Source: Antedon mediterranea (lineage: Eukaryota > Animalia > Echinodermata). Taken from it: 64,000 nt of DNA. Both the position numbers and the translations under genes were made by a program. Within the stretch, counting starts at the first letter, position 1; each line of letters starts with the position of its first letter. Shown piece by piece: positions 12,073 through 25,400 of this stretch. A model generated the notes under the pieces. The model searched no databases. It saw only the letters and a list, made by a program, of their open reading frames with translations, and was not told the origin of the DNA. The stretch lies in contig NC_092679.1 in the NCBI RefSeq assembly GCF_964355755.1, positions 9,702,201 through 9,766,200 on the forward strand. Reading direction: 5' to 3'.

Positions 12073-14097
12073 AACAGTGCGTTTATCGTTTTGCTTAAAA
12101 ATATGCAAGCTTGATAAATGTTTGTTTTTACAATGTTTACATGTTATAGCATTAGAGCACTGGTATGCTAGATGTTCATTAGTCATACCACATCCGTAAC
12201 ATAACTTGTGTTCACACAGATACTGCTTTCGATCACGTCTTGTCAGCTTATTAAAACCTTCGCAGTCATCTATATGATGGTCCTTAGTGCAATACGTACA
12301 GAGCACGTTCACTTTGGTGGCAAATGATTGAGATGTTTGTCGGCGTTGATGCTTCTTCTCTGGTTCATCGATCCGTGGTACTGTTGGTTGTTGAATAAAC
12401 ATTGGTATATTGGCTTCATCAGCCCTTGCTCTGACAAAACCTGTAAATATTTCAAAACTTGGAAAAGAGTCAACATTAGCATACGATTGTACAATATTTC
12501 GCCACTTATTTTCTATGAAATAAGGTACCTTCTTTATTAGTTTAAGGTTCTCTTGAGGGTAATCTAAAACTCCCAAATCCGGAATCTTTTGTTTAGCTAC
12601 CACGATTTCGTTAAGAAAATCTGAAAATACTCTAAGACCAGGTGCATCTCTTGGTTGGATCTTTGGCCAACTTTCTAACTTGTACAAAAACGCCTTAGAA
12701 ATAACAGCATTGTTACCATATCTATTTTTAAGTTCACTACGTGCACGATAATAACCTTCTTCCGACTGTAGTAACATATAGTTACTTATCATGGCTAGCG
12801 GCTCTCCTGACAGATGTTGACTTAGTAAGTTCAACTTTTCATTCACTGATACGGCTTTAGATTCAATTAAAGAGGTAAATGCACATTCCCACATGGGGTA
12901 TTTTAAAGGGTTTCCATCAAACCTTTCCACCCTTACTGTTGGTAATCGTAATGAATCTATTAACTCTTTCATAACCGGTGCTTGTGGCTGACTAAACTGT
13001 GGCTGATTAAACTGTGGCTGATTAAACAGTGAAGGTTGCACAAATGGTGACGAAATTGGAAAGTTTTGTTATGAGACTGGCGTCGTGGCTTGACATGCAA
13101 CACGCTGTGGTGGTAACGTAGTAGCAAGTGATGGTGCAATCTGAAAGTTCATATTTTGTGATGAAACTGGAATCAAGAATTGAGACTCCACACGCTGTGG
13201 TGGTAATGAAGTAACAAGTGAATAAGGAGTAAACGATGATGGAACTGTAATGTGTTGAGATGGAGTAAACGATATTGTGGATGTTACTCTAACTGGCACA
13301 AATGTCGACGGAAGCAACAAAGATGACGTTGCCCGAACAGGCATAGAGTTAGTATTCTTAGTCATTGTAGGTACCGGTATTTGAGCAAAAACACACGTCG
13401 GTACAGGAATTGTCATAGCTTCAGGTGCGGTAATTATTGGCAATGATATAGTAGGAACTGTCATATATGAAGTAGATGCAATCGACGACGTAACAACCCC
13501 AGGTATTGGCGCATACTGCCCAAATGAAGATACCGTTGTTGGCCGTTTATACGTATTGTAATGTTGTGTTGCAAACGTAGCATCAACTGAATTACGTTCA
13601 ACGTTCTTCTCGGGAATGTTATCAACATATTGTTGAATATCATCTGTAGATTGTGTAGGTAATTCGTCTAAGTACTCCATAAATGAGGTAACGGATTTAG
13701 AATCTAATTGTTTTACCTTACTTAGAACGGCGTCCACCTTGGCAAGTTCCTTTTCCTGCTGAAGTTTCATTAATTTTGTTTCATTATCAAGGTGCAAATG
13801 TTTCAACCGCATTTCTTCTTCCGCAAATTCCAGCTCCACTTTAACGGACACCTTTTGTTCTTCCAAGTTCAATAATTTCTCCTTTATGTCAAATCTTGAA
13901 CTTCTAGCAGAAGAACGAGTTCGCATTGACCGCGTAGATTTGCTGGCTGCACTTGTTCCAAATGAACGAGATGAATTTCTAGATGAATCCCGATTTTCCT
14001 GTGCCAACTCCTTCCTGTATTGGTTTCCTTTTTCAGTTTGAGCGGGCACCTTCCTCAAATTGTATCCACCTAAACCAAACTTCGAATCGTCTTCCAT
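12073..14097 (-). pseudogene. gag: Bel/Pao gag region
   Basis: ATG at 14097; FDGNPLKYPMW (DUF1759-like); three knuckles CTYC..H..C, CYGC..H..C, CKHC..H..LH. In-frame TAA at 13069-13071. Reads in frame into the pol side once the L1 is removed (KQNDKRTV-NTSLCT..MIVPVWL). Confidence 0.9.
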
Positions 14098-14334
14098 TCC
14101 GCAACACAGAAACAATTGGGTTAACAAATTCGATTAGTTTCCGCAACGCAGATAACAATGGCGGCCTCCGCAACACAGAGACAACCTAGATCACCAAATT
14201 ATTTTGTAACAATTAGCAATCAATTATTATACAGTCCTGATCAGTTTCTGCAACTCAAAAACTCAAAAAACAATGGCGGACTTCGCAATCAACTACAGTG
14301 GCTTCAATGACTTATAGGTACTTCCTATAACGGC

Positions 14335-14346
14335 ACAATTTATTAT
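14335..14346 (-). promoter_or_regulatory. Putative self-priming primer-binding site
   Basis: Minus strand ATAATAAATTGT directly after the 5' LTR, with no TGG tRNA complement. Exact 12-nt complement lies inside the LTR at 14457-14468. Confidence 0.65.
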
Positions 14347-14611
14347 TGTAATAAAGCGACACTTTATTAATAACTCGTACACGAAGGCTTAATTTTTATG
14401 CAGGGTTTATTCCTTCAATAACGTATGATACTACAATACATATCCTGGAAACACTGATAATAAATTGTAAGGCCTCGCACATAACACCGCCTTCGACCAC
14501 AATGTCCCTTTCAATGCCGTTTTACGTGATTGGCATTATACTGTAGTGTACAAGCATAATTTGCATATAAGTGTACAAATACCACAACAATAGAGGGCGC
14601 ACACTTTAACA
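14347..14611 (-). repeat. Bel/Pao 5' LTR
   Basis: Copy of 793-1057 with TG/CA ends. Confidence 0.96.
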
Positions 14612-17600
14612 GTGTTTTTGTGTTAACAAGTTTTTCGAAAAGCTCAAAATGGTCTAAAACGTTTTTAAACACGATATTAAGCTATTTTGTGCTCTTTGAT
14701 GTTTTTTTGTGAAAAGTTTTAGCGAAATGCTCAAAATGGTCTAAAACGATTTCTAATGTGATTTTAAGCACTTTGATGTTTTTATGTTAACTAGTTTTTT
14801 CGAAAATCACAAAATGGTCTAAAACGTCTCCAAATGTGATTTGAAGCTATTCTAAGCACTTTGGTGTTTTTATGTTAACAGTTTTTTCGAAAATCATAAA
14901 ATGGTCTAAAACGTTTCCAAATGCGATTTGAAGCTATTCTGTACACTTTGATGTTTTTATGGTAACAAGTCTTTTAGAAAATCACAAAATGGTCTAAAAC
15001 ATCTCCAAATGCGATTTAAAGCTATTTTAAGCACTTTTGTGTTTTTGTGTAACCAAGTTTTTTCGAAAATCACAAAAGGGTCTAAAATGTCTCTAAATGC
15101 GATTTGAAGCTACTCTAAGCACTTTGGTGTTTTTATGTTAACAAATTTTTTCGAAAATCAATAAATGGTCTAAAATGTCTCCAAATGCGATTTGAAGCTA
15201 TTCTGTACACTTTGCTGTTTTGTGTGAAAAATGTTTGTCGAAATCCTCAAAATGGTCAAAAACGTTTTTAAATACGATATTAAGCTATTTTGTGCTCTTT
15301 GATGTTTTTGTGTGAAAAGTTTTATCGAAATACTCAAAATGGTCTAAAACGGTTTCTAATGTGATTTTAAGCACTTTGATGTTTTTGTGTAACCAAGTTT
15401 TTTCGAAAATCACAAAATGGTCTAAAATGTCTCCAAATGCGATTTGAAGCTTTTCTGTACACTTTGGTGTTTTTATGTTAACAAGTTTTTTCGAAAATCA
15501 CAAAATGGTCTAAAACGTCTCCAAATGCGATTTGAAGCTATTCTGTACACTTTGATGTTTTTATGTTAACAAGTTTTTTAGAAAATCACAAAATGGTCTA
15601 AAATGTCTCGAAATGCGATTTGAAGCTATTCTAAGCACTTTGGTGTTTTTATGTTAACAAGTTTTTTCGAAAATCACAAAATGGTCTAGAACATCTCCAA
15701 AAGCGATTTGAAGCTATTTTAGGCACTTTGGTGCTTTTGTGTAACCAAGTTTTTTCGAAAATCACGAAATGGTCTAAAACGTCTCCAAATGCGATTTGAA
15801 GCTATTCTAAGCACTTTGGTGTTTTTACGTTAACAAGTTTTTTCGAAAATCACAAAATGGTCTAAAACGTCTCCAAATGCGATTTGAAGCTATTCTAAGC
15901 ACTTTGGTGTTTTTATGTTAACAAGTTTTTTTGAAAATCACAAAATGGTCTAAAACGTCTCCAAATGCGATTTGAAGCTATTTAAAGCACTTTGGTGTTT
16001 TTGTGTTAACAAGTTTTTTCGAAAATCACAAAAGGGTCTAAAATGTCTAAACATGCGATTTGAAGCTATTCTAAGCACTTTTGTGTTTTTATGTTAACAA
16101 GTTTTTTCGAAAATCACAAAATGGTCTAAAACGTTTCCAAATGCGATTTGAAGCTATTCTGTACACTTTGATGTTTTGTGTGAAAATTTTCTGTCGAAAT
16201 GCTCAAAATGGTCAAAAACGTTTTTAAATACGATATTAAGCTACTTTGTGCTCTTTGATGTTTTTTGTGAAATGTTTTATCGAAATGCTCAAAATGGTCT
16301 AAAACGGTTTCTAATGTGATTTCAAGCACTTTGATGTTTTTGTGTAACCAAGTTTTTCGAAAATCACAAAATTGTCTAAAACGTCTCCAAATGCGATTTG
16401 AAGCTTTTCTGTACACTTTGATGTTTTTATGTTAACAAGTTTTTCGAAAATCAAAAAATGGTCTAAAACGTCTCCAAATGCGATTTTAAGCTATTCTAAG
16501 CACTTTGGTGTTTTTATGTTAACAAGTTTTTTTGAAAATCACAAAATGGTCTAAAACGTCTCTAAATGCGATTTGAAGCTTTTCTGTACACTTTGATGTT
16601 TTTATGTTAACAACTTTTTTCGAAAATCACAAAATGGTCTAAAATGTCTCCAAATGCGATTTGAAGCTATTCTAAGCACTTTGGTGTTTTTATGGAAACA
16701 ATTTTTTTCGAAAATCACAAAATGGTCTAAAACGTCTCCAATAGCGATTTGAAGCTTTTCTGTACACTTTGGTGTTTTTATGTTAACAAGTTTTTTCGAA
16801 AATCACAAAATGGTCTAAAACGTCTCCAAATGCGATTTGAAGCTATTTTAAGCACTTTGGTGTTTTTATGTTAACAAGTTTTTTCGAAAATCACAAAATG
16901 GTCTAAAACGTCTCCAAATGCGATTTGAAGCTATTCTAAGCACTTTGGTGTTTTTATGTTAACAAGTTTTTTCGAAAATCACAAAACGGTCTAAAACGTC
17001 TCCAAATGCGATTTGAAGCTATTCTGTACACTTTGATGTTTTTATGTTAACAAGTTTTTTCAAAAATCACAAAATGGTCTAAAACGTTTCCAAATGCGAT
17101 TTGAAGCTATTCTGTACACTTTGATGTTTTGTGTGAAAATTTTCTGTCGAAATGCTCAAAATGGTCAAAAACGTTTTTAAATACGATATTAAGCTACTTT
17201 GTGCTCTTTGATGTTTTTTGTGAAATGTTTTATCGAAATGCTCAAAATGGTCTAAAACGGTTTCTAATGTGATTTCAAGCACTTTGATGTTTTTGTGTAA
17301 CCAAGTTTTTCGAAAATCACAAAATTGTCTAAAACGTCTCCAAATGCGATTTGAAGCTTTTCTGTACACTTTGATGTTTTTATGTTAACAAGTTTTTCGA
17401 AAATCACAAAATGGTCTAAAACGTCTCCAAATGCGATTTTAAGCTATTCTAAGCACTTTGGTGTTTTTATGTTAACAAGTTTTTTTGAAAATCACAAAAT
17501 GGTCTAAAACGTCTCTAAATGCGATTTGAAGCTTTTCTGTACACTTTGATGTTTTTATGTTAACAACTTTTTTCGAAAATCACAAAATGGTCTAAAATGT

Positions 17601-20600
17601 CTCCAAATGCGATTTGAAGCTATTCTAAGCACTTTGGTGTTTTTATGGAAACAATTTTTTTCGAAAATCACAAAATGGTCTAAAACGTCTCCAATAGCGA
17701 TTTGAAGCTTTTCTGTACACTTTGGTGTTTTTATGTTAACAAGTTTTTTCGAAAATCACAAAATGGTCTAAAACGTCTCCAAATGCGATTTGAAGCTATT
17801 TTAAGCACTTTGGTGTTTTTATGTTAACAAGTTTTTTCGAAAATCACAAAATGGTCTAAAACGTCTCCAAATGCGATTTGAAGCTATTTTAAGCACTTTG
17901 GTGTTTTTATGTTAACAAGTTTTTTCGAAAATCACAAAACGGTCTAAAACGTCTCCAAATGCGATTTGAAGCTATTCTGTACACTTTGATGTTTTTATGT
18001 TAACAAGTTTTTTCAAAAATCACAAAATGGTCTAAAACGTTTCCAAATGCGATTTGAAGCTATTCTGTACACTTTGATGTTTTGTGTTAAAATTTTCTGT
18101 CGAAATGCTCAAAATGGTCAAAAACGTTTTTAAATACGATATTAAGCTACTTTGTGCTCTTTGATGTTTTTTTGTGAAAAGTTTTATCGAAATGCTTAAA
18201 ATGGTCTAAAACGGTTTCTAATGTGATTTCAAGCACTTTGATGTTTTTGTGTAACCAAGTTTTTCGAAAATCACAAAATTGTCTAAAACGTCTCCAAATG
18301 CGATTTGAAGCTATTCTGTACACTTTGATGTTTTTATGTTAACAAGTTTTTTCGAAAATCACAAAAGAGTCTAAAATATCTCGAAATGCGATTTGAAGCT
18401 ATTCTAAGCACTTTGGTGTTTTTATGTTAACAAGTTTTTTCGAAATCACAAAATGGTCTAAAATTTCTCCAAATGCGATTTGAAGCTAATCTTAGCACAT
18501 TGGTGTTTTTATGTTAACAAGTTTTTTCGAAAATCACAAAATTGTCTAAAACGACTCCAAATGCGATTTGAAGCTATTCTGTATACTTTGGTGTTTTTAT
18601 GTTAACAAGTTTTTTCGAAAATCACAAAATGGTCTAAAACGTCTCCAAATGCGATTTGAAGCTATTCTAAGCACTTTGGTGTTTTTATGTTAACAAGTTT
18701 TTTCGAAAATCACAAAATGGTCTAAAACGTCTCCAAATGCGATTTGAAGCTATTCTGTACACTTTGATGTTTTTATGTTAACAAGTTTTATCGAAAATCA
18801 CAAAATGGTCTAAAACGTTTCCAAATGCGATTTGAAGCTATTCTGTATACTTTGGTGTTTTTATGTTAACAAGTTTTTTCGAAAATCACAAAAGAGTCTA
18901 AAATATCTCGAAATGCGATTTGAAGCTATTCTAAGCACTTTGGTGTTTTTATGTTAACAAGTTTTTTCGAAATCACAAAATGGTCTAAAATGTCTCCAAA
19001 TGCGATTTGAAGCTAATCTTAGCACATTGGTGTTTTTATGTTAACAAGTTTTTTCGAAAATCACAAAATGGTCTAAAACGTCTCCAAATGCGATTTGAAG
19101 CTATTCTGTACACTTTGGTGTTTTTATGTTAACAAGTTTTTTCGAAAATCACAAAATGTTCTAAAACGTCTCCAAATGCGATTTCAAGCTATTCTGTACA
19201 CTTTGCTGTTTTGTGTGAAAAATGTTTGTCGAAATCCTCAAAATGGTCAAAAACGTTTTTAAATACGATATTAAGCTATTTTGTGCTCTTTGATGTTTTT
19301 GTGTGAAAAGTTTTATCGAAATACTCAAAATGGTCTAAAACGGTTTCTAATGTGATTTTAAGCACTTTGATGTTTTTGTGGAACCAAGTTTTTTCGAAAA
19401 TCACTAAATGGTCTAAAACGTCTCCAAATGTGATTTGAAGCTATTCTAAGCACTTTGGTGTTTTTATGTTAACAGTTTTTTCGAAAATCACAAAATGGTC
19501 TAAAACGTCTCCAAATGCGATTTGAAGCTATTCTGTACACTTTGATGTTTTTATGGTAACAAGTTTTTTAGAAAATCACAAAATGGTCTAAAACATCTCC
19601 AAATGCGATTTAAAGCTATTTTAAGCACTTTTGTGTTTTTGTGTAACCAAGTTTTTTCGAAAATCACAAAAGGGTCTAAAATGTCTCTAAATACGATTTG
19701 AAGCTACTCTAAGCACTTTGGTGTTTTTATGTTAACAAGTTTTTTCGAAAATCACAAAATGGTCTAAAATGTCTCCAAATGCGATTTGAAGCTATTCTGT
19801 ACACTTTGCTGTTTTGTGTGAAAAATGTTTGTCGAAATCCTCAAAATGGTCAAAAACGTTTTTAAATACGATATTAAGCTATTTTGTGCTCTTTGATGTT
19901 TTTGTGTGAAAAGTTTTATCGAAATACTCCAAAATGGTCTAAAACGGTTTCTAATGTGATTTTAAGCACTTTGATGTTTTTGTGTAACCAAGTTTTTTCG
20001 AAAATCACAAAATGGTCTAAAATGTCTCCAAATGCGATTTGAAGCTATTCTAAGCACTTTGGTGTTTTTATGGAAACAATTTTTTTCGAAAATCACAAAA
20101 TGGTCTAAAACGTCTCCAATAGCGATTTGAAGCTTTTCTGTACACTTTGGTGTTTTTATGTTAACAAGTTTTTTCGAAAATCACAAAATGGTCTAAAACG
20201 TCTCCTAATGCGATTTGAAGCTATTCTGTACACTTTGATGTTTTTATGTTAACAAGTTTTTTAGAAAATCACAAAATGGTCTAAAACGTCTACAAATGCG
20301 ATTTGAAGCTATTCTGTACACTTTGATGTTTTTATGTTAACAAGTTTTTTCGAAAATCACAAAATGGTCTAAAACGTCTACAAATGCGATTTGAAGCTAT
20401 TCTAAGCACTTTTGTGTTTTTATGTTAACAAATTTTTTCGAAACTCACAAAATGGTCTAAAACGTCTCCAAATGCGATTTGAAGCTATTCTAAGCACTTT
20501 GGTGTTTTTACGTTAACAAGTTTTTTCGAAAATCACAAAATGGTCTAAAACGTCTAGAAATGCGATTTGAAGCTATTCTGTACACTTTGATGTTTTTATG

Positions 20601-22480
20601 TTAAGTTTTTTCGAAAATCACAAAATGGTCTAAAACGTCTCCAAATGCGATTTGAAGCTATTCTAAGCACTTTGGTGTTTTTATGTTAACAAGTTTTTTC
20701 GAAAATCACAAAATGGTCTAAAACGTCTCCAAATGCGATTTGAAGCTATTCTGTACACTTTGATGTTTTTATGTTAAAAAGTTTTTTCGAAAATCACAAA
20801 ATGGTCTAAAACGTTTCCAAATGCGATTTGAAGCTATTCTGTACACTTTGATGTTTTGTGTGAAAATTTTCTGTCGAAATGCTCAAAATGGTCATAAACG
20901 TTTTTAAATACGATATTAAGCTACTTTGTGCTCTTTGATGTTTTTGTGTGAAAAGTTTTATCGAAATGCTCAAAATGGTCTAAAACGGTTTCTAATGTGA
21001 TTTCAAGCACTTTGATGTTTTTGTGTAACCAAGTTTTTCGAAAATCACAAAATTGTCTAAAACGTCTCCAAATGCGATTTGAAGCTATTCTGTACACTTT
21101 GATGTTTTTATGTTAACAAGTTTTTTCGAAAATCACAAAAGAGTCTAAAACGTTTCCAAATGCGATTTGAAGCTATTCTGTACACTTTGATGTTTTGTGT
21201 GATAATTTTCTGTCGAAATGCTCAAAATGGTCAAAAACGTTTTTAAATACGATATTAAGCTACTTTGTGCTCTTTGATGTTTTTGTCTGAAATGTTTTAT
21301 CGAAATGCTCAAAATGGTCTAAAACGGTTTCTAATGTGATTTCAAGCACTTTGATGTTTTTGTGTAACCAAGTTTTTCGAAAAACACAAAATTGTCTAAA
21401 ACGTCTCTAAATGCGATTTGAAGCTATTCTGTACACTTTGATGTTTTTATGTTAACAAGTTTTTCGAAAATCACAAAATGGTCTAAAACGTCTCCAAATG
21501 CGATTTTAAGCTATTCTAAGCACTTTGGTGTTTTTATGTTAACAAGTTTTTTTGAAAATCACAAAATGGTCTAAAACGTCTACAAATGCGATTTGAAGCT
21601 ATTCTGTACACTTTGATGTTTTTATGTTAACAAGTTTTTTCGAAAATCACAAAATGGTCTAAAACGTCTACAAATGCGATTTGAAGCTATTCTAAGCACT
21701 TTTGTGTTTTTATGTTAACAAATTTTTTCGAAACTCACAAAATGGTCTAAAACGTCTCCAAATGCGATTTGAAGCTATTTTAAGCACTTTGGTGTTTTTG
21801 TGTTAACAAGTTTTTCGAAATGCTCAAAATGGTCTAAAACGTTTTTAAACACGATATTAAGCTATTTTGTGCTCTTTGATGTTTTTTTGTGAAAAGTTTT
21901 AGCGAAATGCTCAAAATGGTCTAAAACGATTTCTAATGTGATTTTAAGCACTTTGACGTTTTTATGTTAACTAGTTTTTTCGAAAATCACAAAATGGTCT
22001 AAAACGTCTCCAAATGCGATTTGAAGCTATTTTAATCACTTAGGTGCTTTTGTGTAACCAAGTTTTTTCGAAAATCACAAAAGGGTCTAAAATGTCTCCA
22101 AATGTGATTTGAAGCTATTTTAAGCACTTTGGTGTTTTTGTGTTAACAAGTTTTTCGAAAATCACAAAATTGTCTAAAACGTCTCCAAATGCGATTTGAA
22201 GCTATTCTGTACACTTTGATGTTTTTATGTTAACAAGTTTTTTAGAAAATCACAAAATGGTCTAAAATGTCTCCAAATGCGATTTGAAGCTATTCTAAAC
22301 ACTTTGGTGTTATTATGTTAACAAGTTTTTTCGAAAATCACAAAATGGTCTAAAACGTCTCCAAATGCGATTTGAAGCTATTTTAAGCACTTTGGTGTTT
22401 TTGTGTTAATAAGTTTTTCGAAATGCTCAAAATGGTCTAAAACGTCTCCAAATGCGATTTGAAGCTATTCTGTACACTTT
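14612..22480. repeat. 88-bp satellite array, block 2
   Basis: Period 88 (e.g. GTCTCCAAAT at 15781 and 15869); ~953-bp higher-order duplication at 16126/17079. Confidence 0.97.
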
Positions 22481-25400
22481 AATAAATAATAATAAATAAC
22501 ATTTATAAAGCGCAAGAGACAAAGGTTTCAAAGCGCTGTGTTTTCCAAGATCAGAGCAAGTAGTAGCGTGCGATTATGCTTCTCTGAAGAGATGAGTTTT
22601 GAGTTTAGTTTTAAATGTGATAACAGATTTTGATGAGCGTATTTCGAGTGGTAGAGTGTTCCAGAGTTTTGGGGCTGCGACAGCGAAAGCACGATCACCG
22701 TAAGACCGAGTTCTGGAACGGGGTCCAGGTTTTAGAAGAAGTCTGCTGGATGAACGAAGCGAAGAGTTGGTTGACGGAGTAATGATGTCACATATGTAGG
22801 CTGGAGCACATCCGTTGATGGCCTTATATGTCAGCAACAGGATTTTAAAACGAATGCGCTGATCAACAGGCAACCAGTGTAAGTCACGTAAAACGGGAGA
22901 AATATGTTCATGTCGTTTAGTGCCAGTGATAAGTCTTGCGGCGGAATTTTGGATTCGTTGAAGAGGAGACAGATAAGAAGTTGGTAGGCCGTACAGAAGC
23001 GAGTTATTACAGTCCAGACGAGATGAAACAAAAGCATGAACAAGACGTTCAGTTGATGTTTTGTCAAGGTACTTACGAATCTGGCCGATCTGGTAAATTC
23101 CAAAGGAAGCACCACGGCAAACATTACGAATGTGTTCTTTTAAACCGAGGCTGTTGTCTAGTTGGACGCCTAGATTTCTGGCTGAGCTGGAGGTAGAGAC
23201 ACTAGTATCTCCGATATGGACCAAAGGAAATGATGATGCCTCACGGAACTTTGAATGAAAATGGATCATTTCAGTCTTGGAGTCGTTGAGCATGAGTTTA
23301 TTTTGAATGGCCCATGAGCGAACATCTGCAATGCATGATTCAAGGCTGTTAACAGATTCAGAGTGATGTGTAGGTTTCATGATTAAATATAGTTGAGTGT
23401 CATCTGCATAGATCATATGACGAACTTCCGGGTGGGAATCAATGATGTTGCTGAGTGGTCCAGTGTATAAGATGAAATCGAGTGGACCTTTTACGGATCC
23501 CTGTGGTACACCCCAGGGTAGAGCGAACTCATCAGACATCGAATCACCCACAATGATTGCTTGTCTACGATTCTCAAAATATGAAATAAACCATTTCAAT
23601 GCGGTTCCGCTTATGCCGTATCTTTTATGAAGACGTTGAAATAATAAATCATGATTGATAGTGTCAATGCTGCGGAGTAGTCGAGTAGAATAAGTACCGC
23701 TTCATTACCTTTGTCTAAAGCAAGTAGTAGATCGTTTGTAACACGTAATAAAGCGGTTTCAGTTGAGTGGAAGCGGCGGTAGGCTGATTGGACTTTTGAA
23801 AACAGGAAATGTTCATCCATATATGCTTTTATCTGAGCAGTTGCAATTCTTTCCAAGACTTTGAAAAGGAAGGGAAGATTTGCTATTGGTCTATAATTTT
23901 GTAGGACGTTGGAGTCGAGATTTTGCTTTTTCAACAGTGGCATAACGAGGGACAATTTAAATGCAGATGGTACAGTACCTGATGACAGCGACATGTTGAC
24001 GATTTTAGTGATATGCGGTAGTAGAGCGTCAATGCAGTTTTTTAGTGACCGTGTTGGAATTGGGTCAAGTCTACTGGACTTAGATGCGCTTTCAGCGATG
24101 ACTTTGCGTACCGTATCTTCTGATATTTGCTCAAATTCAGCGAAACTACTATTACATGACTCGTCGACGTTGACAGTTATTAGTGGAGTGTTTATGGAGT
24201 TAAGTTTCTTGCAAATTTTCAGAATCTTTTCATTAAAGAAACAGCCAAACTGGTTTGCGAGATCCATTGAAGATGTGTGTTTTGGCAGAACAGGAGAAGA
24301 ATCGACCGAGTACAGTTTACTTATGATGCGGAAAAGGTTCTTGTCATCCGCATTAGCGATTTCATTGCGATGATAATTGCATTTTGCTAGATCTAGCATA
24401 TCTTTATATGCTTTGCATTCCAACTTGTACCTCTGTTTGTCGATATCCAAACCAGATTTCAACATTCTGCGTTCTGATCTCCGTTTGACGCACTTCGCTT
24501 CACGGAGTTCATTCGTGTACCATGGTGCCCGTGGTCTAATGGTGACCAGTTTAGTTGTTAACGGAGCATGTTGGTCAAGGATGTACTGCAATACATTATT
24601 GTATTGGTCAGCGAGATCGGAGACATTATCTTCCGGTGCGCAGACGAGCGGGGAATTCATTATATCTTCCACAAAACAATTTAGATCAATGTTACGAAGT
24701 TTGCGGTAAGAGGTTGTCCGCGTTGGTTGTTTAGGATGTGATAAATCCACAAAGCTGATGACAGCCATATGGTCGGATGGTAGTCCTTCTTTGACAGTGG
24801 TTTGTTTTATTATGTTGTCGTTTTTTCGAGAGATTAGAAGGTCCAGTGTGTGCCCGCTAACGTGAGTGGGGCCTTGGACGTGTTGATGAAGACAACTCGT
24901 GTAAAGCAGTTCATCAAATCGCTTGGTGTTGTTGTCCAAGAGGTCATCTGTGTGAATATTGAAATCACCAACTATCAGAAGGTTTTTGGTGCAAGAGACT
25001 GATTCAAGAAGTGATGAGAATTCAGTGATGAACAAGTCAAAGGTAAGTTTGTTTTTGGTCGATGGTGGTGGTCTGTAAATTGAAATCAAGTTAATTACAG
25101 ATGAATTGGAAGTGATCTTGATATCCATATGTTCGAAAGACCGGAAACTTGTTGAAACATTTGGTGTTATTTGGAGTCCACGGTGCGAAATGATGCATAT
25201 TCCACCTCCGCGTCCACCTGTAGGGCGTGGCTCATGTGACACCACGAAATTTGGGAGGGTGTTACTCACGTCCGCAATAAAGTGGTTGTCACTTGCATCA
25301 CCTTTCAACCAACTTTCGGTAATTACAAAAATGTCTAATTCAACATCCAAAATAAAATCACAAACGTGAACAGTTTTATTTCTTATAGAACGCGCATTCC

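Larger units (their letters stand above)
793..14611 (-). mobile_element. Bel/Pao LTR retrotransposon, full length, interrupted by a nested L1/Tx1
   Basis: 265-bp TG..CA direct repeats at 793-1057 and 14347-14611. 5-bp TSD GTGTT at 788-792 and 14612-14616. Gag-PR-RT-RH-IN order on the minus strand. Confidence 0.96.
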
